64,000 nucleotides of DNA from the sequence record OM718002.1. One strand, 5' to 3'. Each line of letters starts with the position of its first letter. Positions within the stretch are counted from its first letter, which is position 1. Shown one piece after another: positions 36,606 through 46,084 of the stretch. The notes below the pieces were generated by a model. That model was not told where the DNA came from and searched no databases. It saw nothing but the letters and a program-made list of their open reading frames with translations. The position numbers and the translations under genes are program-made.

Positions 36606-37439
36606 CTAATATTTTCTTCGTTCGATATCCTGTAGTTTCGCGAATGTGTCGAGCTTGTATTGGTCAACAAAATGCCAGGCTAGATCGGTAAGTGTATAGA
36701 TGTCCGGACGTTCGTATTTACCGAAGTCTGGTTTCTCACGACTCAATTGAAAATCGATGAACTGATCTAATATAGGGCAACGATCTATCAGATCCTGTTC
36801 AATAGACCCAACCTTATCATTAACCAGTTCTTGGATACGTTTATAAAGGATAGGATCTGACAGAAGAGGCAGTAGGTCATGGAATACCATCGGCGGATGT
36901 TCCAGACTTTCACGGACCCACATTGCAGCCAACAGAGGACGAAGAGAATAGAAGTATTTCTTCATCCGGATCTTCTCATCTGACAACCAACGCATTTTGG
37001 TTTGTTTGGCCATCGAGATATAGTGCATGTAACTCGATTCAGGGATGAAGTGCTTTAGTGCAGCATCACGGATTAACTTGTAGTCACAATCAACCTTACG
37101 GTAAACGATTGGGGAGTTTAGCCATTCCAAGAGAGTGGGATTAGATTTGTAAGCAAGTTGAAGAGTCTTAGTGATGTTCCAACCAGCAAGGTCTAGTTCT
37201 TTAGACACCATCTCTTCAATAGTATCACGTGCTTCATTATCCACACGAACGTAATGTCTCGGATGGTTAACATAAATGAAGCGAACATCATAATCACTAT
37301 TAGTAGAAGCGAAACCCCAACCACGACTACCGGACTCACAGGCATAAATAACCTTTACACCATACTTCTGTTCAATTCTAGTTAGTTCTGTATCAATGAC
37401 TGAACGCATCTCATCACTAACCGGATGACGTGGATCCAT
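36606..37439 (-). CDS. DNA polymerase beta-superfamily nucleotidyltransferase (RlaP/YcgL-like)
   Basis: ESGSRGWGFAS..SDYDVRFIY, SNPTLLEWL.SPIVY, KKYFY.LRPLL. Confidence 0.85.
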   Translation of the reverse strand: MDPRHPVSDEMRSVIDTELTRIEQKYGVKVIYACESGSRGWGFASTNSDYDVRFIYVNHPRHYVRVDNEARDTIEEMVSKELDLAGWNITKTLQLAYKSNPTLLEWLNSPIVYRKVDCDYKLIRDAALKHFIPESSYMHYISMAKQTKMRWLSDEKIRMKKYFYSLRPLLAAMWVRESLEHPPMVFHDLLPLLSDPILYKRIQELVNDKVGSIEQDLIDRCPILDQFIDFQLSREKPDFGKYERPDIYTLTDLAWHFVDQYKLDTFAKLQDIERRKY

Positions 37440-37497
37440 TATTCGCCTACCTTTTCAAAAAGCAAGAAGTTCATTATTCCACCAAGGGAAAATAAAA

Positions 37498-37513
37498 CCT
37501 CCCCGAAGGGAGG
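37498..37513 (-). terminator. cUUCGg terminator
   Basis: cctccc-cgaa-gggagg. Confidence 0.8.
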
Positions 37514-37521
37514 CGTTTATG

Positions 37522-38982
37522 TTAAATAGCAACTTTACCAGCAATATGTGGATGATATTCATAGTTCTCGATAACAAAATCATCTACACCAATTTCCCGA
37601 ATATCTTTACCAATAGCTTCTTCTTTAAAGCGGATGATAGGTTGAACCTTCGGTTCACGAGTTAATTGAAGATCAGTTTGTTCTTGGTGGTTAGAGTAAA
37701 TATGTACATCACCACCAGTCCAGATAAACTCTTCAGCAATCATATTCATTTGGTTAGCTAACATGTGAGTCAGCAGACTATAGAACGTGATGTTAAAGGG
37801 TTTTCCTAAGAAAGTATCACAAGATCTTTGATAGAGTTGACAACTGATAGCTCGTTTCGGAGCACCATGTTGATCCAGCCATTCTACCACTGCTTCATCG
37901 GTAGCCTTTTCATAACCACGACAGATACGTAGAAATGCTTTAACCTGCTCAGCACTACCGAATGGAGGTTGACCACGAGTAATCTCACCACTAATCTGAT
38001 CATGGTAAGCATCAGCTTCGATCTGAGTTTGGTATAGAGCTTGCACTCGTTCATCTACGGTCAGTTCACGAGTCCAGAACTGGAAGAAGCTATGACATGG
38101 TGGAAGTGCTTGTTCATCAACGAGATGTGGCGCCCATGCACAAACAATGATCCGACGAGAATCCGGGTTGGTACGAAGTTGATCGATGATGTCTTGGATT
38201 TGGTCGATACGTCGAGTAACAACGCAGCGGTCATTCTCCATACACGTACCAGGAATATCAACTACGAAGTTAAAGCCACGCTTCTCATAATCCACCCACT
38301 CATATTTAGGGATTACACGAGTGTCTTCAAGATCACGCCAAGTCTTACCGTAAACGGCACCTAGATCGCCCCCGATGAGTTTCAGAGGCTTAACTCCAAA
38401 TAGCAATTTATATAGTCGTTTACCATATTCATATTTAATTAGTTCTGGTGTTACACTCTCATCGAAATCTATAGTAGATACTGCCAGCCATTGGCTAGTG
38501 TTAACACCAATTACATGCGTAGCATCAATATTAATGGTTGGATATTGATTCCAAAAGCTAGCTATCTCATCATCACTTAAAGAAGCTTCAAACTCATCTC
38601 TAGTTTGAATGATTACTTCATCATCTAAACAATGAAAATAAAGGGCAAATGGGCCACCAACTTTCTTTAGAATAGCTGAGTCAAGCTCTTCTTGATTTAA
38701 CTCACGATACATCGCGGTATTTGGTTTAACCCATTCATTCCAAATGCGTACGCCATTTTCAATTAAATAATCTACACGAGTATCACCAGAAAGCATCCAG
38801 AACAATTCATGGATAACAGATGGAAGATGAATTTTCTTAGTAGTTACTACGGGTAGAACGTTGTTACGTAAACTATAACGTTCTTGTTGACCAAACATGC
38901 TCTGAGTACCAGTACCAGTACGGTCACCTTTATGCACACCGTGTTCTTTAACTAAACGAATTGAATTAAGATATTGTTCCAT
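37522..38982 (-). CDS. thyA: Thymidylate synthase ThyA with insertions
   Basis: DRTGTGT, ELFWMLSG, SRRIIV.AW, LPPCH, LYQRSCD.FLG.PFN, GDVHIY.NH. Confidence 0.95.
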   Translation of the reverse strand: MEQYLNSIRLVKEHGVHKGDRTGTGTQSMFGQQERYSLRNNVLPVVTTKKIHLPSVIHELFWMLSGDTRVDYLIENGVRIWNEWVKPNTAMYRELNQEELDSAILKKVGGPFALYFHCLDDEVIIQTRDEFEASLSDDEIASFWNQYPTINIDATHVIGVNTSQWLAVSTIDFDESVTPELIKYEYGKRLYKLLFGVKPLKLIGGDLGAVYGKTWRDLEDTRVIPKYEWVDYEKRGFNFVVDIPGTCMENDRCVVTRRIDQIQDIIDQLRTNPDSRRIIVCAWAPHLVDEQALPPCHSFFQFWTRELTVDERVQALYQTQIEADAYHDQISGEITRGQPPFGSAEQVKAFLRICRGYEKATDEAVVEWLDQHGAPKRAISCQLYQRSCDTFLGKPFNITFYSLLTHMLANQMNMIAEEFIWTGGDVHIYSNHQEQTDLQLTREPKVQPIIRFKEEAIGKDIREIGVDDFVIENYEYHPHIAGKVAI

Positions 38983-39182
38983 TACTTGATCCTCGGATTG
39001 TCTACTAGTCCACAGTTGAACCAGAGATGTTTATCATGGCGGCGATCATCACTAATAGATACGATCGTACCCTTACCATCTTTAAAGTTAATAATCAATG
39101 CCCGAACTCGACCATGGGTGAGAGCATTGAAAATTTTGTACGACTTTACACTGAATGCGATTCTTTCATCAAGACGATCCAT
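38982..39182 (-). CDS. Hypothetical protein
   Basis: TAATG coupling to thyA. Confidence 0.65.
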   Translation of the reverse strand: MDRLDERIAFSVKSYKIFNALTHGRVRALIINFKDGKGTIVSISDDRRHDKHLWFNCGLVDNPRIK

Positions 39183-39209
39183 ATTTCATTCCTCTAACCT
39201 TACTGGTAA

Positions 39210-39503
39210 TCACAGATCAACCTCTATCCGTTTGTATTTGATATTAACTGGAATACCTAATTCATTTTTTACAAGATTAAATGAGTTTTTCGATGGAGTG
39301 TATGTAGCAACTATAACGGCTTGGCTATCAGCTACAACTACATCTCGCCATTCCATGTGCATGTTATCGAAATCATCTTTACCCATAATCAAGTAATAAG
39401 ACGTATCATTATGCGTAATGGTATTTTCAAACGGTCTAATTACAAAAGCACTTAAACTAGACTGTATACGGTGTCCTACTTGTTCAAGTGTAACTGTATA
39501 CAT
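39210..39503 (-). CDS. Hypothetical protein
   Basis: GGAGG SD. Confidence 0.7.
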   Translation of the reverse strand: MYTVTLEQVGHRIQSSLSAFVIRPFENTITHNDTSYYLIMGKDDFDNMHMEWRDVVVADSQAVIVATYTPSKNSFNLVKNELGIPVNIKYKRIEVDL

Positions 39504-39608
39504 AAAACCTCCTAGACGGCATACGGGAGTCCCGAAGGACCCCCTAAGCGCAACTAACCAATCGGCCAGTATTTTGCCTATAATATTAGTCTATTAAAAG
39601 TATTTTTA

Positions 39609-40316
39609 TTACAGACCAATACGAGTCAAAATTTCAGCCCAACCTTTCTCTTTAGCATATCGCAATAGGCTATTTTCAATATGGGTTTCACTATAGACAA
39701 TAGGCTCATGACCACCTTGTACATGATACATTGTTAATGGTTCCACCACATGTTGACTAGACCAAGCATCGTATAAACGATCATTGATTTTAATCACCAC
39801 ATATACCATCAATTTATCGTCGATGTCAAGATCAATACCTGCTACAAATGCATTAACATTGGAACGCACTTGGTCAGCAGTTAGTTGCACTTGCAGCCCG
39901 CCATGTACTTCAAATTCGATATCACAGATATTCTTATTTAACCAAGTATACACTGCCTGATTAGCATATGTCTCAATTGGATCACTACTACGTAAATCTA
40001 TTAATGGACCATATGTTTCTAATGATGAGACACTGGTATCAACTAAGTCATTCAATGAGTATTCGGTACTAGAACAACTATCTAAAACACAGATAGTGTT
40101 ATCCTCGATATGGATAGGTAATACCTTGAATACCACATTAGCAACATTAGGTAATGAGGTACCTGGTTCAGAACTATTGAATGGAGTATAAAATAATCGA
40201 TCAGCCACTTCATTATCAATAGTTGATACATCCATTGGAACGAATCCATTAAGATCTTGTTTGATTACGTCATTGTGTCCAATTCCAGAAAAAGATAAAT
40301 ACATTTTCTCAGACAT
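39609..40316 (-). CDS. Hypothetical protein
   Basis: 235-aa ORF. Confidence 0.7.
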   Translation of the reverse strand: MSEKMYLSFSGIGHNDVIKQDLNGFVPMDVSTIDNEVADRLFYTPFNSSEPGTSLPNVANVVFKVLPIHIEDNTICVLDSCSSTEYSLNDLVDTSVSSLETYGPLIDLRSSDPIETYANQAVYTWLNKNICDIEFEVHGGLQVQLTADQVRSNVNAFVAGIDLDIDDKLMVYVVIKINDRLYDAWSSQHVVEPLTMYHVQGGHEPIVYSETHIENSLLRYAKEKGWAEILTRIGL

Positions 40317-40324
40317 ATCCGTAC

Positions 40325-40582
40325 CTATTTATTTACACAGATTAGAGTATGTTCTACTTTACTAGTACTAGAAGAAAAATAACGTAATAGAACACCATCA
40401 CTGATTTTTACAGTCTCTACATTATTACGAATAGCACTTGCTTTAGCTAGTTTTTGAATACGCTCAATCGCGCTAAAACAAGTAGTCATGTCAGAGAACT
40501 CAGTGGTTGACTGCGATGCACCATTGGCTTGATAACCAGCGATACTGATACTACTAAAAAGAATTGCTAAAGTTGCATTCAT
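40325..40582 (-). CDS. Small secreted/membrane protein with two Cys
   Basis: Hydrophobic N-terminus; EFSDMTTC ... LICVNK. Confidence 0.6.
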   Translation of the reverse strand: MNATLAILFSSISIAGYQANGASQSTTEFSDMTTCFSAIERIQKLAKASAIRNNVETVKISDGVLLRYFSSSTSKVEHTLICVNK

Positions 40583-41487
40583 TTCTTACCACCTTTAATA
40601 ACAGTGAGTTTTGGTGGACCAGTAGGACGAGAAGGTTTATTAATAATAATCTGCGAATTGGAAGAATTATTGAAATCCTCAACCATCTTATTTACATCAT
40701 TGTCAAATGAATTAGATGTATTATCACCCGAGTCCACAGTTGATTCACTAACCACATTTGAAATAGGGTAACTGAGGAGTTCCATCATAAGTACATTGAT
40801 GTTATCCTGATAGTTTTCATTACGTGTACAATTAATAACCCGCTCACACCAATCCATAATTAATTCTGGTGCATTCTGTTTAATTGCAGTTACCGCTACT
40901 CTAATATGTGCATCTAATTCTGGATTACTAAATTCAGTTACTCTGTTAATGGCGCTTTCAATCATCTGATCATGCTCATTCTCAGATGTATTCCTTACAA
41001 CTAACTTACCATTAGTGGTATCGGCTTTATTTTTAAAATTAACCTCAGTGACATTACCTACGGTAGTTAATACTGGGTTTTTGTCAACTACATTATTAAC
41101 AGTTCCTTCTAATGTTGCACGAATAGTATCTGCATTGAGATATCTATCCACTAGCGGCATTTCAAAGAATGCGTTAGAATTATCATCAATAGGTGTAACT
41201 ACACCCAATACTGCATAAAGAGGAAGTTTAATACTGACCCCAACTCCATTTACTGTTACATTGAAAGAGATATATTCGTCACTGATATAAAAATTCTTTG
41301 CACAGCGTGGATGGATATTGAAAGTGATAGTGTGATCTTCTTTCGCATGCTTTAGAGCTACCTCAGATAAATCAGGTACTAATTGAGTATGTGCTACAAT
41401 TAGAATATCTCTGAAGTTATTCTCAAGAAACCAATCATAGGTAGCTCGAAGAATATGGCCAGTAAGTAATGATTTTACCTTTAGCAT
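40579..41487 (-). CDS. sspB: SspB-like (ClpXP adaptor) protein
   Basis: LRATYDWF..N, ITFNI, ISFN..VNG, LP..AVLG; C-terminal PKLTVIK resembles the ClpX-binding LRVVK motif. Confidence 0.7.
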   Translation of the reverse strand: MLKVKSLLTGHILRATYDWFLENNFRDILIVAHTQLVPDLSEVALKHAKEDHTITFNIHPRCAKNFYISDEYISFNVTVNGVGVSIKLPLYAVLGVVTPIDDNSNAFFEMPLVDRYLNADTIRATLEGTVNNVVDKNPVLTTVGNVTEVNFKNKADTTNGKLVVRNTSENEHDQMIESAINRVTEFSNPELDAHIRVAVTAIKQNAPELIMDWCERVINCTRNENYQDNINVLMMELLSYPISNVVSESTVDSGDNTSNSFDNDVNKMVEDFNNSSNSQIIINKPSRPTGPPKLTVIKGGKK

Positions 41488-41509
41488 ATTTGTATTACCT
41501 TTAAATAAA

Positions 41510-41977
41510 TTATAGGAAGATATCTTCTACTGAGGGCACTATATTCTTTTCTTTTACAAGTTCAGTAGATTTGGTATAATGTGTATTAAATAGTTTCTTT
41601 AAATCTGCTTTTTCATATTTTACAGTATCTGCTAATTTCCAAATAGTAAGACCTAGATGAATACTAACTGAATTAACATGTTTTACGCATAGATCAATTA
41701 ATTTGTTAAACTCTTCTAATTCATTTTTAATCAACGTTGCATCTAAAGCTTGGTGCAAACGATTAGATAATTTAACTTTATCTTTGTCAATTGTAAAGTT
41801 ATTTTCAATATCCTTAGCACTCATCGGTGGTTCAACTTTATACCACACATTGGTTAGTTTACCGTCCACACGCGTCGTGATGGGATGTTTATAATCAGTC
41901 CAACTTCTATGTAGATTATGTTTATCATCAAGAACATCTACAGTAACTTTCTCATTACCTGTAAAGAATGGATACAT
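41510..41977 (-). CDS. Hypothetical protein
   Basis: TAATG-coupled. Confidence 0.7.
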   Translation of the reverse strand: MYPFFTGNEKVTVDVLDDKHNLHRSWTDYKHPITTRVDGKLTNVWYKVEPPMSAKDIENNFTIDKDKVKLSNRLHQALDATLIKNELEEFNKLIDLCVKHVNSVSIHLGLTIWKLADTVKYEKADLKKLFNTHYTKSTELVKEKNIVPSVEDIFL

Positions 41978-42150
41978 TAGGTTGCCTTTATTTTATCAAT
42001 GAGTAATTTTAATAGTTCATCATTAGTTAAATTGTCTTTATTTTTAATAATGTCTTTTAGTTTAAACATATTGAAAGTATACCACAACCACTTATGAATT
42101 ATATAACAAATCACTATAACTAATAATAGTAGTGAATGTAATGCTAGCAT
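41977..42150 (-). CDS. Small membrane protein (57 aa, not in ORF track)
   Basis: MLALHSLLLLVIVICYIIHKWLW...; first gene after promoter 42187. Confidence 0.6.
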   Translation of the reverse strand: MLALHSLLLLVIVICYIIHKWLWYTFNMFKLKDIIKNKDNLTNDELLKLLIDKIKAT

Positions 42151-42186
42151 TATAACTACCTATTTTGATATGACTTGACCAAATAT

Positions 42187-42194
42187 GTAATATA
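42187..42194 (-). promoter_or_regulatory. Early promoter TATATTAC
   Basis: Exact octamer downstream of terminator 42222. Confidence 0.85.
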
Positions 42195-42221
42195 GATTTC
42201 AAAAAAAATTTAATGCAATAA

Positions 42222-42243
42222 AGGAGAGCTAAATAGCTCTCCT
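42222..42243 (-). terminator. Intrinsic terminator
   Basis: aggagagct-aaat-agctctcct. Confidence 0.75.
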
Positions 42244-42251
42244 ATTTATGC

Positions 42252-42542
42252 TTATTTATTTTTCTTTCTTGACTTATCTTTAATAACTAAGTCTAATGCT
42301 TCAAACATTTTAACAGCAGTTAAATGGTCGATAGAGTATGCCTTTTTACGTAAACGTCCAATAGCTACTGTATACTGGTATTCAGATAAACCATCACTCA
42401 TATTGTCAATAATTGATAGTGCTTCTTTATAAAGCCTGTTACACTTTATCGTGTGTTTGATGGCATAATAACCCCAGTTAATTAAAGCCATCATTATAAT
42501 CAGAAACAAAATACCTATAATTACTGTCATGATATCATTCAT
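42252..42542 (-). CDS. Membrane protein, tandem paralog of 42535
   Basis: TM followed by IIDNMSDGLSEYQYTVAI. Confidence 0.7.
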   Translation of the reverse strand: MNDIMTVIIGILFLIIMMALINWGYYAIKHTIKCNRLYKEALSIIDNMSDGLSEYQYTVAIGRLRKKAYSIDHLTAVKMFEALDLVIKDKSRKKNK

Positions 42543-42852
42543 TTGCTGTTTCCCTATTATTACATTTTAATATAATCAATGAGTTGATATCGTAAATAAA
42601 AGATGTAAAAATATGTTGATTTGTTATTTTAGATGATTCTTTATCTATAATGTCTTGGACAGCATTTTGATAGAAAAAATAACTTATGCCATTGGGCATT
42701 TTATCTAATACATATCTAACCTTATAAACACCCATCCAGTGAATATAATGATTTTTTATATTAATAATGAAAGTTACACATGTTGATATAGCCGTTAGTG
42801 TTATCATTGATATAACAAATACTTTATACATTTGCAACCCACAGATTCTCAT
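42535..42852 (-). CDS. Membrane protein, tandem paralog of 42252
   Basis: TM followed by VLDKMPNGISYFFYQNAV. Confidence 0.65.
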   Translation of the reverse strand: MRICGLQMYKVFVISMITLTAISTCVTFIINIKNHYIHWMGVYKVRYVLDKMPNGISYFFYQNAVQDIIDKESSKITNQHIFTSFIYDINSLIILKCNNRETANE

Positions 42853-42865
42853 CTAGATGAAATAA

Positions 42866-42885
42866 ACCAGCCCCGAAGGGCTGGT
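42866..42885 (-). terminator. cUUCGg terminator
   Basis: accagccc-cgaa-gggctggt. Confidence 0.8.
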
Positions 42886-42887
42886 AT

Positions 42888-43256
42888 TTATTTTACAACC
42901 ACAGCTTTACCGTAGTTGTTATCCATACAGGTTTTAAATGATGTAACGTATGCATCACGTGGGCTTTGTCTACGTGAATACACAACGTGCACCTCTTTAA
43001 TTGCTGCTGGGAGAACATTGTAAAGAACGTTATCTTTGTTCTTCACGCCGTACCCTTTTAGGGATCGTAGGTTTTCTTCCCATTGTAAAATGGGTGTTTT
43101 ACGCTGACGTGCTTCTGCTGTGGCATGTGCTATAAGTGCAACACCATTACAGTAATTCTCGTCAACTACCAACGATGCAGCTAGTGGGTTTGATACGTAT
43201 AACAACGTACTTAATACGGCCACTAACTTCATTACGTGTGTTAAACATTGCATCAC
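42888..43256 (-). CDS. Secreted two-Cys paralog-family protein (dispersed copy)
   Basis: Signal peptide ending LAA; NYC ... KTCMDNNYGK. Confidence 0.7.
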   Translation of the reverse strand: MMQCLTHVMKLVAVLSTLLYVSNPLAASLVVDENYCNGVALIAHATAEARQRKTPILQWEENLRSLKGYGVKNKDNVLYNVLPAAIKEVHVVYSRRQSPRDAYVTSFKTCMDNNYGKAVVVK

Positions 43257-43309
43257 GTTGTACCTAGGTTGTTAAGATCAGAATATAAAGCTACTAAAAT
43301 AGCCTTAAA

Positions 43310-43909
43310 TCATTCTACAACCTTAACGTTACCATCTTCAATAACTAGATCTTTACCTACAACATCGGCAAGATCTAACTTATCCTTTACTTCCAGTTTC
43401 TTGATACTGTGTACAAAACGGAATACAGATAGACGAAGAATTAGTTCTTCTGGTACATCAACAACATCAATAAAGTATTCTGATGGGTTGATATCACAAT
43501 TGACATATTCCCAACTTTGTCTTAGTTCAGTTTCATTCTCAGTTACTTGTGCATCAAGAACTTCTTCAAAGTTAATATTGGCAATATTAGTATCATTATC
43601 ATTCAGATAAGTAAATTGAAGACTAGCATTATTAATGAATTCTTCTTCAACTACAGTTAGTGCACGTTGAGCGTGAATGGGTAGATGATATCGAATACAC
43701 CCATTAATAATAACCTCATTTGCCTTTTCAATATAACGTTCTTCTTTGAATTTTACATTAGATACGACGTAATCTAGGATTGCCTTGTAATATTCTTTAT
43801 GATCTGGGTGGCTCTTTTCAATCCACTGTCGGCTACTTACGCTAATTTTTTTCTCGGCTAGAAAATCTCGGAATTTAGCACGATCGATATAAGCGGTACG
43901 TTTTTTCAT
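43310..43909 (-). CDS. Hypothetical protein
   Basis: AGGA SD. Confidence 0.7.
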   Translation of the reverse strand: MKKRTAYIDRAKFRDFLAEKKISVSSRQWIEKSHPDHKEYYKAILDYVVSNVKFKEERYIEKANEVIINGCIRYHLPIHAQRALTVVEEEFINNASLQFTYLNDNDTNIANINFEEVLDAQVTENETELRQSWEYVNCDINPSEYFIDVVDVPEELILRLSVFRFVHSIKKLEVKDKLDLADVVGKDLVIEDGNVKVVE

Positions 43910-43921
43910 CAGTAGTTCCTA

Positions 43922-44437
43922 TTATTTAACATTTCTAGGTGTTAGTTCGATATGTGAACAGATCACATAAGATGCACATGCCAGTACATCTAAACCATAA
44001 TACTCATCATAATGGAAATATCCTCTGAGATTACCTTGTTTAGTAAAGGTGTATTCATCAGCTAAATCTAACTCGTTACTTGTCTCTAGCACATTGATTA
44101 ATTTATCATATTCAACTTTTAGTGCTATATCAGTACAGATTATTTGCTTGATATATTTATCAGAGTTTGGATCATTTTTATAATCTAAAGTATCAGTTAA
44201 TACAGTGGTTAATGCTAGAATAACATAGTCATGGTAACTTTCCGGTTGTTTAATCTCACCTTCAGGTATTTCAATCCATTCCCAACCATGTCGTAATATA
44301 TTTAGCATTACATGCCACTTACTGGTTTCATTACTAACCACAGCTATTGGTGAATCATTATAAGGTTTATACAAACCTGTTGTTTTTAAAAGATCTTTTT
44401 TAATAGCAGCTATATATAACGGGCGGTTTTCTGACAT
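43922..44437 (-). CDS. Hypothetical protein
   Basis: ORF tiling the minus-strand run. Confidence 0.7.
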   Translation of the reverse strand: MSENRPLYIAAIKKDLLKTTGLYKPYNDSPIAVVSNETSKWHVMLNILRHGWEWIEIPEGEIKQPESYHDYVILALTTVLTDTLDYKNDPNSDKYIKQIICTDIALKVEYDKLINVLETSNELDLADEYTFTKQGNLRGYFHYDEYYGLDVLACASYVICSHIELTPRNVK

Positions 44438-44446
44438 TTTTATAAC

Positions 44447-44776
44447 TCACATATATTTCAAATGTTTGCCAATTGGTCTGTTAGGGTTATACATATAACC
44501 ACGACCTGCTGCTGCCCTAATTACTAATTTCTGCATATCTGTTAATTTTCTATAATTATCACCAATTAATTTAAGTATAATACTTTCTATAGAATCATTA
44601 GTTAATTCAGAAGGATCTGTTACTTTGAAATAATTATATACTAATTCTCTTTTAACTAGAAAATCAACTCTTCGTTTTTCTTTAATTCGTTTATAACGTT
44701 GCGATACATGGATAAATGAAAATAAAACAACTATCCAGAATAAGGTCAAAAGTAGGTACTCATCAACTACATTCAT
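44447..44776 (-). CDS. Hypothetical protein with N-terminal TM
   Basis: YLLLTLFWIVVLFSFI. Confidence 0.65.
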   Translation of the reverse strand: MNVVDEYLLLTLFWIVVLFSFIHVSQRYKRIKEKRRVDFLVKRELVYNYFKVTDPSELTNDSIESIILKLIGDNYRKLTDMQKLVIRAAAGRGYMYNPNRPIGKHLKYM

Positions 44777-45101
44777 TTTTAATCCCTATCTTTTTTTTCA
44801 AATTATCTTGTAACTCAACTAGTGTTCTGTTTAATAAACTAATTTGTTTCTGTTGTTCACATACAAGTTCACTTAACGTATTAATCTGTGCCTGTAGTTC
44901 TTTAGTATTAGTATCAATAACATCAAGAATATATTCTTTATTTTTCTTAGGCATTCTTTGCTTCCTCAACGTTAATTCACCAAACGGCAGAAAAGATGAC
45001 TGGGCAGCCAACACTCTTTTAGAATGTCTTTTGCCCAGTCTTTTAAATGTCTTACGAAGTTTAATTGGTATAAGCATTAAATAATATCTCTTGATGCCCA
45101 T
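44763..45101 (-). CDS. Basic protein with C-terminal coiled coil
   Basis: ORF tiling the minus-strand run. Confidence 0.6.
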   Translation of the reverse strand: MGIKRYYLMLIPIKLRKTFKRLGKRHSKRVLAAQSSFLPFGELTLRKQRMPKKNKEYILDVIDTNTKELQAQINTLSELVCEQQKQISLLNRTLVELQDNLKKKIGIKNECS

Positions 45102-45511
45102 GTACCATCTACAGAGTCATTTACAAATGGTGCACGGTCACCAGGTATTACTTGAGCCCATAAATCCACTTCAAGTAATATCCGACGACATGCATAAAAA
45201 GGCTCTACTTCTACCCTGTATGAATTATCTTTAGGATCAATATACACAGTAGCAACTAGCTTAGGCTGGGCTCTTCGCCATTTATCCCATACTTTAAGAA
45301 TTACTTCGCCTTCCATTCTGGCTATACGTGGAGTTATCTTTACCTCACTAATGATTAGCCCATCTGGACCTACCACTCGTTTAGGGGATAGCCATTTATG
45401 ATAACCAATATCATTAATCCCATTCTTTGAAAATACCGAGTCTTCAAGATATCCTCTCACACCAGGGTATAACGGAACCATTGTAAGCATATGACACCTA
45501 TAGTGATCCAT
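45077..45511 (-). CDS. Hypothetical protein
   Basis: ORF tiling the minus-strand run. Confidence 0.7.
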   Translation of the reverse strand: MDHYRCHMLTMVPLYPGVRGYLEDSVFSKNGINDIGYHKWLSPKRVVGPDGLIISEVKITPRIARMEGEVILKVWDKWRRAQPKLVATVYIDPKDNSYRVEVEPFYACRRILLEVDLWAQVIPGDRAPFVNDSVDGTWASRDII

Positions 45512-45896
45512 TGGATGCCCATAAAACTGAATAAGGATTTTGAGTTAATTGGAATCTAATTGCAAAGTTTTCGATTTCCCAAAAACGATCAGTCTTATTC
45601 CACTCTAATTCCTTTTTCGCCAGATCAACATTAATTGTTGATATAATACGATTACGCTCTTCTTCAAATACAGTAAACCTGACGATTGCTGGAAATAAGC
45701 AATCTCTTTCTTTATAAAAGTTTAGAGTATTCTTATCGATATAACCTGGTCCTGGAATAATTTCAAGGATATTAAAATCAGTCCATCCTAAGTCTGGTGT
45801 ACCTAGATCAGGTAAATGTTTTAAAACCCCATTGCGTATAAAGGGTTTTCCATATTCTAGTGTGACCTCATGAAAAGAAGAACCATAGATTTTCAT
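45498..45896 (-). CDS. Hypothetical protein
   Basis: ORF tiling the minus-strand run. Confidence 0.7.
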   Translation of the reverse strand: MKIYGSSFHEVTLEYGKPFIRNGVLKHLPDLGTPDLGWTDFNILEIIPGPGYIDKNTLNFYKERDCLFPAIVRFTVFEEERNRIISTINVDLAKKELEWNKTDRFWEIENFAIRFQLTQNPYSVLWASNGSL

Positions 45897-46056
45897 ACAA
45901 CCACCGTGCGTTTTAATTCATAGGGTTAGTATGTTTAGTACCGTTTGAATTTTATTTCATTACAGATGATCGCTTTGTTATATTTGGTGTTTGAATATTT
46001 TAGACTAGTTTCAATAAATGCTTTCTTTTTCATATATACACTTACGCAAAATAAAT

Positions 46057-46079
46057 AGGGACTCTCATTAAGAGTCCCT
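46057..46079 (-). terminator. Intrinsic terminator
   Basis: agggactct-catta-agagtccct. Confidence 0.75.
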
Positions 46080-46084
46080 TAATA

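Noticed and set aside
38041-38364. Plus-strand ORF inside thyA (also similar shadow ORFs such as 43248-43610, 53917-54306, 58679-59110, 62840-63178)
   Set aside because: These are antisense shadows of well-supported genes, with no SD or motif and atypical composition.
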